NCBI GenBank assembly: GCA_046292975.1
Contig: JBKBPW010000003.1
Coordinates: 1 to 38,473 of the forward strand
DNA from: Thermodesulfovibrionales bacterium
GTDB taxonomy: Bacteria; Nitrospirota; Thermodesulfovibrionia; Thermodesulfovibrionales; CALJEL01
Length of the DNA stretch: 38,473 nt
Direction: 5' to 3'
The position numbers were made by a program, and so were the translations under genes. Under the pieces are notes generated by a model. The model ran no database searches, had not been told where the DNA came from, and saw only the letters and a list, made by a program, of their open reading frames with translations. This document shows positions 9,184 through 18,023 of the stretch, piece by piece. Numbering within the stretch: the stretch's first letter is position 1; the number at the start of each line of letters is the position of its first letter.

Positions 9184-9212
9184 AATTTATCACTTCCTTT
9201 TTGCCCTGTCAA
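9184..9212 (-). promoter_or_regulatory. Internal sigma-70 promoter for the large lipoprotein
   Basis: Minus strand TTGACA (9212-9207), 17-nt spacer, TGa-TAAATT extended -10 (9189-9184). Confidence 0.7.
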
Positions 9213-9219
9213 GTGAAAA

Positions 9220-10380
9220 TTACCAGCCTATATTAAAAAATACAAGGTGTCTTCTATCACTATCCTGACCTGAGTAGGCACCTACCTCCTCTGCATAGGT
9301 CACATAGGATACTGTAAAGAGCAAGAGCCTGAGGTCAGCTCCAAAGGTAGCATATCCCTGATAGAGCCCTGTCCTGAGCCCGAGGCTCATGAGCTTTCTG
9401 TCAATAAGGTAAAGCTCTCCACCAAGCCTGAGCCTCTTTGGTATATCACTATCCTGCTCATAGTTATTTAAGATATCCACATAGTCAATCCCGAATGTAA
9501 AGGAGTCAAATACAGGTATCTCTGGATTTATTGATGCACCAAGATTTACTGTCATGGGGATTTTTCCTGCTGCACCAAATTTCAGGTCTCCTATATTCAT
9601 AATGCTCAGGCCTGCAGAAGGCCTTAACCATGAATCCTGATAGAATTTATAAAGCATACCAAGGTCAGCTCCAATGGCATCTCCACTCTTTCTGAGTTCT
9701 TCTGTGATATAGTTTTCAAGATTATCCTGCTTTTCTACTATCTCCCTTGCTGTAAAAGAATGGACAAGGGTTTCGCGATGGAGTGCCTTTATTCCAAGAC
9801 CTCCGTAAAACCCCTTTCCTAAATCAATACTCATGCCTAAAATACCTCCACCTGTGAGGTCCGAATTTATCTCAAGAAGACCATTAGAGCCAAATCCCTG
9901 ATGGGTCATGGCATCAAGCCTTGCCCTTGCTATGCCACCAATAGCCAGTGCCCAGGAGCCCTGATTCCTGCCAATAGAGGACCAGTCTGCAATTCCAAGA
10001 TGTAGGTTCTTCCCCCTGTATTTTGCAAGGACATCATTTACAGCCATTAACTGATCATCACCTTCGTCACCATCTCCATCACGATCACCAACATCAAAGG
10101 CATCTCCCATATCAGATACAAAGTCAATTACATTTTTGCCTATGTCTGCTGATATACCAATGAGGTTGACCTCAAAATTCTTCTCAGGCATGTTGCTTAA
10201 TGTAGCAGGGTTGTAAAAGACTGCATCTGTCCTTCCACCTATGGCAATATAGGCACCACCCATACCCATTGCCCTTGGTGACTTATAAAGATAGGGATAT
10301 TCCCTTATAGTTGGCTCCTCAGCATAGGCAAGAGAGGAAATAATGACCAGAAATATTATTGTAAATAAAAGCCTCTTCAT
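9220..10380 (-). CDS. Outer-membrane beta-barrel, TraF-like / FadL-PorV superfamily
   Basis: Signal peptide; SPRAMGMGGAY...VFYNPA N-terminal motif; alternating amphipathic strands; LRTGLYQGYATFG; C-terminal aromatic beta-signal (FNIGW). Confidence 0.75.
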   Translation of the reverse strand: MKRLLFTIIFLVIISSLAYAEEPTIREYPYLYKSPRAMGMGGAYIAIGGRTDAVFYNPATLSNMPEKNFEVNLIGISADIGKNVIDFVSDMGDAFDVGDRDGDGDEGDDQLMAVNDVLAKYRGKNLHLGIADWSSIGRNQGSWALAIGGIARARLDAMTHQGFGSNGLLEINSDLTGGGILGMSIDLGKGFYGGLGIKALHRETLVHSFTAREIVEKQDNLENYITEELRKSGDAIGADLGMLYKFYQDSWLRPSAGLSIMNIGDLKFGAAGKIPMTVNLGASINPEIPVFDSFTFGIDYVDILNNYEQDSDIPKRLRLGGELYLIDRKLMSLGLRTGLYQGYATFGADLRLLLFTVSYVTYAEEVGAYSGQDSDRRHLVFFNIGW

Positions 10381-10394
10381 AATCGCCTCCTAAT

Positions 10395-11507
10395 TTACTG
10401 AATATTCTGAAGGTTTATGTTCTTAATATAATCTGCTATCTCACCAGAGGTGCAGTTATCACCACCACAAGCCTCAGTTTTTATCTGGTTTATTGAATTT
10501 ACAACATCCTCACTAACACCTGGAAGGGCATTACCCATTGAATCAATCATTGATTGGACTGCTTCATCAATAGCACTTACAAGGTCAAGGGGCTGACCAT
10601 TCTGTTCAATAGGGCAGGGCCATTTGTTATTATTGTTATTATTATAATTATCTTCGCAGACTGTTCCACCTGTGGTTGTTGCGACCCAGTAGTTATTGGA
10701 ACTATCTTTATAAAGAAGCTTCTTTCTATATAAATCATCCATAGGGCATCCTGATGACGGACCACTACCCGTAATATTAACAATAAGGCCTTTATAATAT
10801 CCGCTATAAGTAATATTATTATTTTGAGTATTTTTTAAAGTGAGTCGATTACCCGGAGGGGCATCTGGAGACCATGAAATAGTAACTACTCCATGTCCGT
10901 TATTTCCGTTTAAGGATGAGCAATCAGGAGGCTGGTTATTAAAAAGCTGGGCACTCACCAGTAAGGCACAGGCAGTAGCATCCACATCATCAGGGACTTC
11001 GTTACCATTTATATCACATTCTGTAAGGAGCTGGCCATCTCCATCAGAATCTATAACTATCTTTAATAAGCTTAAGGTCTTCATTGCCTGAACAAGGCTC
11101 AGATAAAACTGGGCATCGTTATAATAAGGAGAATCAGGAGGAACATTACCATATTCTGTTTTTGCATTGTCAAGGTTTGTAAGGGTTGTCTCATCTACCT
11201 TTGGAACAAGTGCCTTCATATACAAATCAATAGGTTCTACATTTTGATTCTGGTTCTGTGCCTCGGAAAGCCTGTTTATAACATCCTTAACATCAAAGCC
11301 CGCCTTACCAAAATAGGCAGCTCCCTTATCCATTGAAGAGGCACAGGATGAACTTATGACTGCATCATAGTTGCCACTGTCAAGGTCTTTGCTTACTTTA
11401 TACTGGCAAGCCTCTTGAGAACTGTCATTAGCAATGAATTGGAAGGCACTGTCTCCACAGGAATTTAAAAGTAGTAAAATAAGCACAAAAAATACTAAAA
11501 GCCTCAT
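10395..11507 (-). CDS. Cys-rich lipoprotein of unknown function
   Basis: Lipobox LLNS-C; helical N-terminal half (AAYFGKAGFD); about 10 further Cys; DSDGDG motif; 14 bp upstream of the TraF-like barrel. Confidence 0.75.
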   Translation of the reverse strand: MRLLVFFVLILLLLNSCGDSAFQFIANDSSQEACQYKVSKDLDSGNYDAVISSSCASSMDKGAAYFGKAGFDVKDVINRLSEAQNQNQNVEPIDLYMKALVPKVDETTLTNLDNAKTEYGNVPPDSPYYNDAQFYLSLVQAMKTLSLLKIVIDSDGDGQLLTECDINGNEVPDDVDATACALLVSAQLFNNQPPDCSSLNGNNGHGVVTISWSPDAPPGNRLTLKNTQNNNITYSGYYKGLIVNITGSGPSSGCPMDDLYRKKLLYKDSSNNYWVATTTGGTVCEDNYNNNNNNKWPCPIEQNGQPLDLVSAIDEAVQSMIDSMGNALPGVSEDVVNSINQIKTEACGGDNCTSGEIADYIKNINLQNIQ

Positions 11508-11571
11508 ATCATTCTCCTTTCTGGCACAAGGCCAATTTATGTTTTAAGGCCTAAAAGGCCTTCTATGTTTT

Positions 11572-12831
11572 TTAAAAAGAATAGCCACCTCCTATAAAGA
11601 CCGTAATTGAGTCTATCCTTACATCCTGAATAGCAGTGGAATTAGGTATAACCTGGGCATCTCCTATCCCATAAGTATATATAGCACCGAGGGTTAAGCT
11701 TGAATTTCTTGTAAAGTATGTGATACTCATGGTTGTCCCATAATTATCCACATGTTCAATTTGATTTACTCCTCCTGGCTTCACAGAAGGTGTGTTTGCC
11801 CTATCAGTGAAAAGACCAAACCTAAGGGCAAGGGATGGTGATAGATAATACTCTGCACCAATTGCACCATTAATGACAGCCTCATAATTTTCTACAGAAC
11901 TATAATATTGAAGGTCTACTGAAACCAAAAAGGAAGGTGAAGGAAAATAGGCAATCCCGAGCTTTGTCTCAAAAGGAAAATCCCTCTTTCTTGAAGACTC
12001 CTGAACTGTAAAATATACATCGTTTGAACCGTAACCAGAACTTGAAGGTCCTCTTACAGTTATCTGCACCCTGGACTCAGAGTCAAATAAGAATGTCCTT
12101 GCCACAGTAAATCCCAGGGATACTTTATCCACTGGAGAAAACATAAGACCAATAATAGGCCTTATCCCATATTCCTTCCGGGAGAGATAATAATTCTCCC
12201 AGTCAAACTCTCCATTGCTGAGATTTAAAAGATGATTTCTTATAAATTTACGATCCCTGTAATAAAAATAAAGGGTCGCACCTGCAGAAAGGTTATCGCC
12301 GAGCTTAATTGCATAGGAAGGTCCGAAGTTATAGGCATCGTCTACATCATCAATATTGAGGACATATCTATCAATAGTAACACCAGGGATTGCAGATCTT
12401 ATATCCCTGAAGACCTGCTCTTGATCCCTGCTAACTGAGTCTGTAACTGCATAAGAAAAACCCGCTATCCCAGGGCCAAATTTCTGTATTACACCAAAGA
12501 AATTTGGTATAAGCCTTGATGACTTGAGTTCCCAGTCCTCACCCTCACCAGTGGTCTTATGAAGGGCATCCTTAAAGGTCTTTGTAGAGATATTATAGGC
12601 ATTAACACTTATAGATATCCTTCTTGCTGATGCAAAGGCAATTCCAGCAGGATTATAAAAACAACCTGATGGATCATCAGAAACAGCTGTATAGGCACCT
12701 CCCATGCCTGCTGCCCTTTCTCCAGGGATGGAGTTAATATAATGATGCTCATCAGCAAGTGAGAAGGAGCTCATGGCAAGGATTGAGACTACGATGAGAA
12801 ATAAAAAACTACTTAACCCTCGTCTTTTCAT
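11572..12831 (-). CDS. OmpP1/FadL (PorV-like) outer-membrane beta-barrel
   Basis: Signal peptide; GERAAGMGGAYTAVSDDPSGCFYNPAG; C-terminal GGGYSF beta-signal. Confidence 0.85.
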   Translation of the reverse strand: MKRRGLSSFLFLIVVSILAMSSFSLADEHHYINSIPGERAAGMGGAYTAVSDDPSGCFYNPAGIAFASARRISISVNAYNISTKTFKDALHKTTGEGEDWELKSSRLIPNFFGVIQKFGPGIAGFSYAVTDSVSRDQEQVFRDIRSAIPGVTIDRYVLNIDDVDDAYNFGPSYAIKLGDNLSAGATLYFYYRDRKFIRNHLLNLSNGEFDWENYYLSRKEYGIRPIIGLMFSPVDKVSLGFTVARTFLFDSESRVQITVRGPSSSGYGSNDVYFTVQESSRKRDFPFETKLGIAYFPSPSFLVSVDLQYYSSVENYEAVINGAIGAEYYLSPSLALRFGLFTDRANTPSVKPGGVNQIEHVDNYGTTMSITYFTRNSSLTLGAIYTYGIGDAQVIPNSTAIQDVRIDSITVFIGGGYSF

Positions 12832-13639
12832 AGAACCTATCCTTTAATAAAGTTCCTTCCTTACCAGCAAGCTGGTTTTTGTTTATAAATTGTTCTATTT
12901 CCCTAATCCTGTGCTCAAGCCCTGGATGGGTGCCCTGTATCTCCTTTTCATAACCCTTCTCTAAGAGTCTTTTTAAAAATCTCAAAAGTCCTGATGAATC
13001 ATAGCCTGTAGTGGCAAGAAGACCTGTTGCTATAGTATCTGAAGATAGTTCATCTTCCCTCTTATATCCCCTTTCAAAGAGTATCTCATAGGCCTTATCT
13101 ATAAAGGTGGTAAATAATGCCTCTGCTGAGCCTGTTGCTCCAGAGATAAGACTTGCAAATCCTAAGAGGGGTGATTCATCAGGTGCCCTGAGGTTTATCT
13201 CCTTTACAATATGCCTCTCTGTAACATGGGCTATCTCATGCCCAAGGACACCTGCAAGCTCTGCCTCATCATCCATTGCCATGAGTGCTCCTTTTGTAAT
13301 AAAGATATATCCACCTGGTGCTGAGAAGGCATTTATTTTGTCTGTATCAAGGATCCCAAAATGGAATTCTATCTCTGGCCTTCCAGCATGCTGGGCAAGG
13401 GCCCTGCCAATAAGATTGATATATTCAGTAAGCGTCCTATCCTTTAATAAGGGGTATCTGCCAAGTATCCTTTCAGAGAGGGAACGGCCAAATATAATCT
13501 CTGCCTTTATATCATCCTCTGTTTTGTAGGCCTCTTCTTCAGAGGTCTGGGACAGTCTCTTTCTGAAATCCTCTCCATAGGCATTATGAAGAAAGATAGT
13601 AAAAAGGAGGGTTATGATTATACTTATTTTTAATATCAT
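12809..13639 (-). CDS. Exported M48-family metallopeptidase (BepA/LoiP-like)
   Basis: INAFSAPGGYIFITKG, ELAGVLGHEIAH, REDELSSD, THP...RI; signal peptide. Confidence 0.92.
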   Translation of the reverse strand: MILKISIIITLLFTIFLHNAYGEDFRKRLSQTSEEEAYKTEDDIKAEIIFGRSLSERILGRYPLLKDRTLTEYINLIGRALAQHAGRPEIEFHFGILDTDKINAFSAPGGYIFITKGALMAMDDEAELAGVLGHEIAHVTERHIVKEINLRAPDESPLLGFASLISGATGSAEALFTTFIDKAYEILFERGYKREDELSSDTIATGLLATTGYDSSGLLRFLKRLLEKGYEKEIQGTHPGLEHRIREIEQFINKNQLAGKEGTLLKDRFYEKTRVK

Positions 13640-14127
13640 CTCTTCATACCTTCCTCAAGAAACTTTATTGCCTCTTCATCACTTACATGGATGGCCTCAA
13701 GCCATCTGAGACTTTCAGGATCAATCCTGTAGCGGTCACTAAGCCTTGCCCTCTCCTCCATAAGACCCCTTGCTGCTGCAGCTGTTACAAAAGCAGAGGC
13801 CCTTTTCCTTGCACCATGCTGTAATTCCTCCTCAGAGGTCTCAATTATGGAGAGCCTCTTTGAAGGTGGTTTTGTATCAACTACAAATGCAGATACCCAT
13901 CCGGAAATATCTTTATATCTAACCCTGTACCACCTGTCCTTCTTTTCAACACCATATAAAACCTCTCCCCTTTCAACCTTTACAAGCTCCTTTGCACCCA
14001 TAAGAGGTTCAGAGAGGATTGATGCCTTTATGCTCTGGACATAAAGTTTGATCTCCTCTGCATAAAGGCTGGGGCAAAGGACAAGGGTTAGTATGATAAC
14101 CATTAATGGTGTTCCTCTTTTAAACAT
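13636..14127 (-). CDS. Exported SH3-domain protein
   Basis: Signal peptide; WYRVRY..ISGWVS bacterial SH3-like motif; TAAAARGL segment; ATGA overlap with the M48 gene. Confidence 0.8.
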   Translation of the reverse strand: MFKRGTPLMVIILTLVLCPSLYAEEIKLYVQSIKASILSEPLMGAKELVKVERGEVLYGVEKKDRWYRVRYKDISGWVSAFVVDTKPPSKRLSIIETSEEELQHGARKRASAFVTAAAARGLMEERARLSDRYRIDPESLRWLEAIHVSDEEAIKFLEEGMKR

Positions 14128-14137
14128 ATCACACCTC

Positions 14138-16282
14138 CTATTTTTCCATTACCTCCCACACACCATCCCATGATGGTTCCGGTTCTTTCTTCATAAAATA
14201 TGTGATCCTTTCTATAAATATCCTCGGAACAGTATCACCAAGGCTCAATTCCTCCATCTCCTTATACATAGCCAGGGCCTCCTGCCACCTTCTGCTTAAA
14301 TAATACTCCAATGCCTGCTCTGAAAGCAAGGTAATTTTACCATTGCTATCACCTTCCATTAATGGTTCAAATATCTTAACAGGTTTCACCTTACCCTTTA
14401 CCCTGACAACATCAATAGGTCTCAATAAGACCCTTGTCTTAACCCTTTGTGCTGTATCCTCAGAGATTATAATGGGAACCCTGTATAACCTTGTTAAACC
14501 CTGAAGTCTTGAGGCAAGATTAACATTGTCTCCAATAACTGTATAGTCAAGCCTCTTTGGGGAGCCGATATTCCCGAGTATTACCTCTCCTGTATGAATA
14601 CCTGTGCCTGTTTTAAGTTCTGGAAGTCCTTTTTCTTTAAGTATCCTGTTGACCTCTGCCATTTCCCTCTGGATCTGAAGACTGCTCATAACTGCCCTCA
14701 GGGCATGGTCTTCCATCCTGACAGGTGCTCCCCAGAATGCCATTATACAATCTCCCATAAATTTGTCAATGGTGCCCTCATACCGAAAGATTATCTCAAC
14801 AGCCCTTTCAAAATATATATTCAAGGCCTCCACTATATCCTCAGCAGGATATCTTTCAGAAAGGCTTGTAAAACCTTCTATGTCAGAAAAAAGCACTGTA
14901 AGCTCAACCCTTATACCCCTTTCAGCAAGTAAAAGGGACCCCTTTTTCTCAGATATGCCTGCAATTACTGCAGAGGAGACATATCTTTCAAACATCTCCT
15001 TTATTCTCCTCTTTTCTTTTTCTTCTGTTAGACTTAAATAGGTAAAGGCTGTAACAAAGGAGAGGATTCCTGAGGTAAGGGGTGCTGCCATCTCCATAAC
15101 AAAATTCAGTTTGAAGGCTATAAGAGACAGAAGGATATATAGGACAAGGGGTAGTAGTGAAAGTATGATTTTTAATCCAAAAGACCTGATCGTCAAGACC
15201 ATATAATTTATGAAAAAGGCCATTATTATAATTGATAGTCCTGTAAGGATTCCCGGTGACCATCTCAAAAAATCTTCTGTTAAGATATTTCCATATATGG
15301 AGGCATGAAGAAGAACCCCGGGTATCATAGCAGAAAGGGGAGTTGGCTTAAGGTCTTCCACCCCAACAGCACTTGCACCTATAAATACAACCTTTTTATT
15401 AAACTCATCAGGACTTACAGGAAGACCTTCTATATTACCCCTTTTTATCTTATGTATTGAGGCAAGGATACCGCTCATGGAATAGGGCTCAAATCCACCA
15501 TAAAGATTTATGATATAAAGGCCATTGTAAAGGGGGATTTTTTTAATACCTGAAGCTGTCTGCAATAAAAGGCTGTTTTTCTCTTCCTTAATGAGGTAAT
15601 CGGGTTCTATCAGAGGAGCAATAGAAAGCACAGGAAAATGGCTGCCATGATAGGTCCTTATGAGTTTGGTCCTTCTGTAGACGCCATCCTTATCAGATTT
15701 GAACTCTACAATGCCTATACCTTTTGAGGCTCTATAGAGTTCCCTGAAGGGTATGGCATAATTATTATTTTCTTTTATATGGATAAGTCTCACATTAGTA
15801 AGACCGAACATCCTCTGGAAATCTTCTGGAAGTTTTTTATCAAGGATATCCCTGTTCCACTCATCAGGTATATCCTTGAATATCTGAGCTGCATGATAGA
15901 CATTGCCTGCACCCTTGGTAGATTCCACAAGGGCACTATCATTTGCACTGAGCATACCTGGGGGTGCTTCATAAATCCTCTCATTCTCTGTAAAGAGAAT
16001 ATCAAAGACTATCGCCCTTGCACCACCAAGCCTCAGGAAATCAATTACATCAGCATGGACAGACCTTGGCCAGGGCCATCTTCCTGATATGGAGTTCATA
16101 AGTTTAAGAGAGGCCTCATCAATAAGAATAACTGATATTTCATCAGGAGGTTTTTTGCTGCTTCTTATTATCTTTACCCTCATATCATAAAGCATAAGCT
16201 CAGGTCTCTCGAAAAAACCATAATGCCAGAGAAGTGCTATAGATATGAAGATAGGTAGGGCTATCAAAAATTTCCATCTCAT
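14138..16282 (-). CDS. CHASE2-domain class III adenylate cyclase
   Basis: IDEASL...GRWPWPRSVHA, FDILF, DKDGVYRR, PGVLLHA (CHASE2); three TM segments; FSDIEGFT, DKFMGDCIMAFWG, YTVIGDNVNLASRL (Lys/Thr specificity residues of class IIIb ACs); C-terminal WDGVW. Confidence 0.93.
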   Translation of the reverse strand: MRWKFLIALPIFISIALLWHYGFFERPELMLYDMRVKIIRSSKKPPDEISVILIDEASLKLMNSISGRWPWPRSVHADVIDFLRLGGARAIVFDILFTENERIYEAPPGMLSANDSALVESTKGAGNVYHAAQIFKDIPDEWNRDILDKKLPEDFQRMFGLTNVRLIHIKENNNYAIPFRELYRASKGIGIVEFKSDKDGVYRRTKLIRTYHGSHFPVLSIAPLIEPDYLIKEEKNSLLLQTASGIKKIPLYNGLYIINLYGGFEPYSMSGILASIHKIKRGNIEGLPVSPDEFNKKVVFIGASAVGVEDLKPTPLSAMIPGVLLHASIYGNILTEDFLRWSPGILTGLSIIIMAFFINYMVLTIRSFGLKIILSLLPLVLYILLSLIAFKLNFVMEMAAPLTSGILSFVTAFTYLSLTEEKEKRRIKEMFERYVSSAVIAGISEKKGSLLLAERGIRVELTVLFSDIEGFTSLSERYPAEDIVEALNIYFERAVEIIFRYEGTIDKFMGDCIMAFWGAPVRMEDHALRAVMSSLQIQREMAEVNRILKEKGLPELKTGTGIHTGEVILGNIGSPKRLDYTVIGDNVNLASRLQGLTRLYRVPIIISEDTAQRVKTRVLLRPIDVVRVKGKVKPVKIFEPLMEGDSNGKITLLSEQALEYYLSRRWQEALAMYKEMEELSLGDTVPRIFIERITYFMKKEPEPSWDGVWEVMEK

Positions 16283-16301
16283 TTCTTATGTCCTCTTTCT
16301 T

Positions 16302-16310
16302 ATTGTAGCA
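16302..16310 (-). promoter_or_regulatory. Extended -10 promoter candidate for the cyclase-led operon
   Basis: Minus strand TGc-TACAAT, then AGAGGA SD and ATG at 16282; back-to-back with the RNase Z-like promoter. Confidence 0.45.
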
Positions 16311-16355
16311 TGCCATCCCTTACCACTTCACCGAAATTTTCTGTTAATATTCTTT

Positions 16356-17339
16356 ATGAAGTCCTATTTCAGGCACAGGCCTGTTAATGAGCCCTTTGAA
16401 GACCCCTGCCTTTTTGTGGGCATTGCAAGGCAGAAGAGGGCACTTCTTCTTGATGCCGGAGATCTCCACAGGCTCAGTCAGACAGAGCTTTACAAGGTCT
16501 CTGACCTATTTGTCACTCACATGCATATTGACCATTTTATTGGATTTGATACACTTCTCAGGGCAATCCTGAGAAGGCCTGTTCCCTTAAGGGTATATGG
16601 TCCTGAAGGGATAGTTGATGCTATTGATGGCAAGCTCAGGGGCTATACATGGAATCTTATAAGGTCTTATCCACTTAAGATAGAGGTCTTTGAGATTTCA
16701 GGTGGCACTATGTATGGTCTTATAAGACATTGTAGCTTCCATGCAGAAAATGGATTAAAGCCAGTTGACAGAGGATACAATGAATTTAATGGGTATGTCC
16801 TTAAAGAGCCTTTTTTCTCTATAAAGGCATTAAGTATTTCTCATGGAATTCCTGTGCTTGCCTACAGGATAGATGAGGAGATACATATAAATATTGATAA
16901 GGCGAAGCTTACAGACCGGAATATAGAGACAGGTCCGTGGCTCAGTGAGTTCAAGGAGGCTATTCTGAAAAATGACAGAGACAGGTACTTCAGGGCTGGC
17001 AATAAGACTATCTCTTTCAAGGAGATTGAGGATATTGCCCTCCTTACAGAGGGGCAGAAGATATCCTATGTAATGGATGTATCAATTGAAAGTGAAAATA
17101 TAGAAAGGATAGTGGACTTTGTGAGAGGTTCAGACTATCTCTATTGTGAGGCCTTTTTTCTTGAAAGAGACCTTGAACTTGCCAGTGAAAGAAATCATCT
17201 TACAGCGAGACTTGCCGGGGAGATTGCAAGGAGGGCTGGTGTGAGGAATCTTATCCCAATGCATTTTTCCCTGAGATATAAAGATCAGCCAGAAATCATT
17301 ATTGAAGAGGCAATGAAGGCCTTTTCAGGAAAAGATTAA
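16356..17339 (+). CDS. Ribonuclease Z-like metallo-beta-lactamase-fold hydrolase
   Basis: VNEPFEDP, LLDAGD, THMHIDHFIGFD, HGIPVLAY, HLTA, PMHFS. Start moved to ATG 16356 because the ORF-track start overlaps the divergent cyclase gene. Confidence 0.85.
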   Translation: MKSYFRHRPVNEPFEDPCLFVGIARQKRALLLDAGDLHRLSQTELYKVSDLFVTHMHIDHFIGFDTLLRAILRRPVPLRVYGPEGIVDAIDGKLRGYTWNLIRSYPLKIEVFEISGGTMYGLIRHCSFHAENGLKPVDRGYNEFNGYVLKEPFFSIKALSISHGIPVLAYRIDEEIHINIDKAKLTDRNIETGPWLSEFKEAILKNDRDRYFRAGNKTISFKEIEDIALLTEGQKISYVMDVSIESENIERIVDFVRGSDYLYCEAFFLERDLELASERNHLTARLAGEIARRAGVRNLIPMHFSLRYKDQPEIIIEEAMKAFSGKD

Positions 17340-18023
17340 AAAGAGAAGACCTGTTACAGAAAGCCCTATCAATGCACCGGCTATAACCTCCTTAGGTGTA
17401 TGGGCATGTACCGCTACCCTGCTCTGTGATATAGCTACTGCAAGCACAAGTGTCAATAATGAGGCAAGGAGGTTCTGAACTGTTAATGTTATGGAAAGCC
17501 ATATGCTGAAGGCAACTGCAGCATGACCTGAGGGAAAACCTCCTCTTAATGGCGTCCCTTTTCCTGTATAGGCCTTAAGCATTATCACAAGGATAAGGAC
17601 TATAATAATAGAAATTATGGTTATCTCTTCTTTTGAATGCCCGGAGATAAATAGTCCTTTTGAAAAGATTCTCTTCATATAAGGGAACAATATCACATAA
17701 CCAACAAGCACAGCTCCAGAGGCAGTTATAAGCACAGCTCCAGCAGCCATGTCCTTAACTATCCTTGCAAAATCAGACCTCTCAGGAGAGAGTCTGTCAA
17801 CTATGTTTTCTACCACGGTATTAAGCATCTCAGCAAGGATCACGAGCATGGCACAGATAGAAAGGGCAATAAACTCAAGTCTTGTAACACCAAGGCTATA
17901 ACCGACAATCAGAACCGCTGCAGCTGAAAAAAAGTGATACCTTACATGACGCTGGGTCTTTACAGCATGGAGGATTCCCTCTATTGCATTATTTGCACTT
18001 TCTATCCAGTTTCTTAAGGGCAT
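17325..18023 (-). CDS. dgkA: Diacylglycerol/undecaprenol kinase (DgkA family) fused to a PAP2 phosphatase domain
   Basis: AIEGILHA..TQRH, AEMLNTVVE..VD, KDMAAGAVL; C-terminal FPSGH and SRV..HAHT..EV..G. Confidence 0.88.
   Translation of the reverse strand: MPLRNWIESANNAIEGILHAVKTQRHVRYHFFSAAAVLIVGYSLGVTRLEFIALSICAMLVILAEMLNTVVENIVDRLSPERSDFARIVKDMAAGAVLITASGAVLVGYVILFPYMKRIFSKGLFISGHSKEEITIISIIIVLILVIMLKAYTGKGTPLRGGFPSGHAAVAFSIWLSITLTVQNLLASLLTLVLAVAISQSRVAVHAHTPKEVIAGALIGLSVTGLLFLIFS

Noticed and set aside
9220-10380. Conjugative element suggested by the TraF-like family
   Set aside because: No relaxase, VirB4, coupling protein or integrase nearby; the family name does not imply conjugation
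10625-10650. Poly-Asn triplet run as a phase-variation tract
   Set aside because: Mixed AAT/AAC triplets keep the frame, so slippage would not switch expression
11522-11537. TGGCAC as a sigma-54 -24 element
   Set aside because: No TTGC at the -12 position, and it faces antisense to the operon
16245-16355. N-terminal extension of the RNase Z-like ORF
   Set aside because: Overlaps the divergent cyclase start; the homologous-looking sequence begins at ATG 16356
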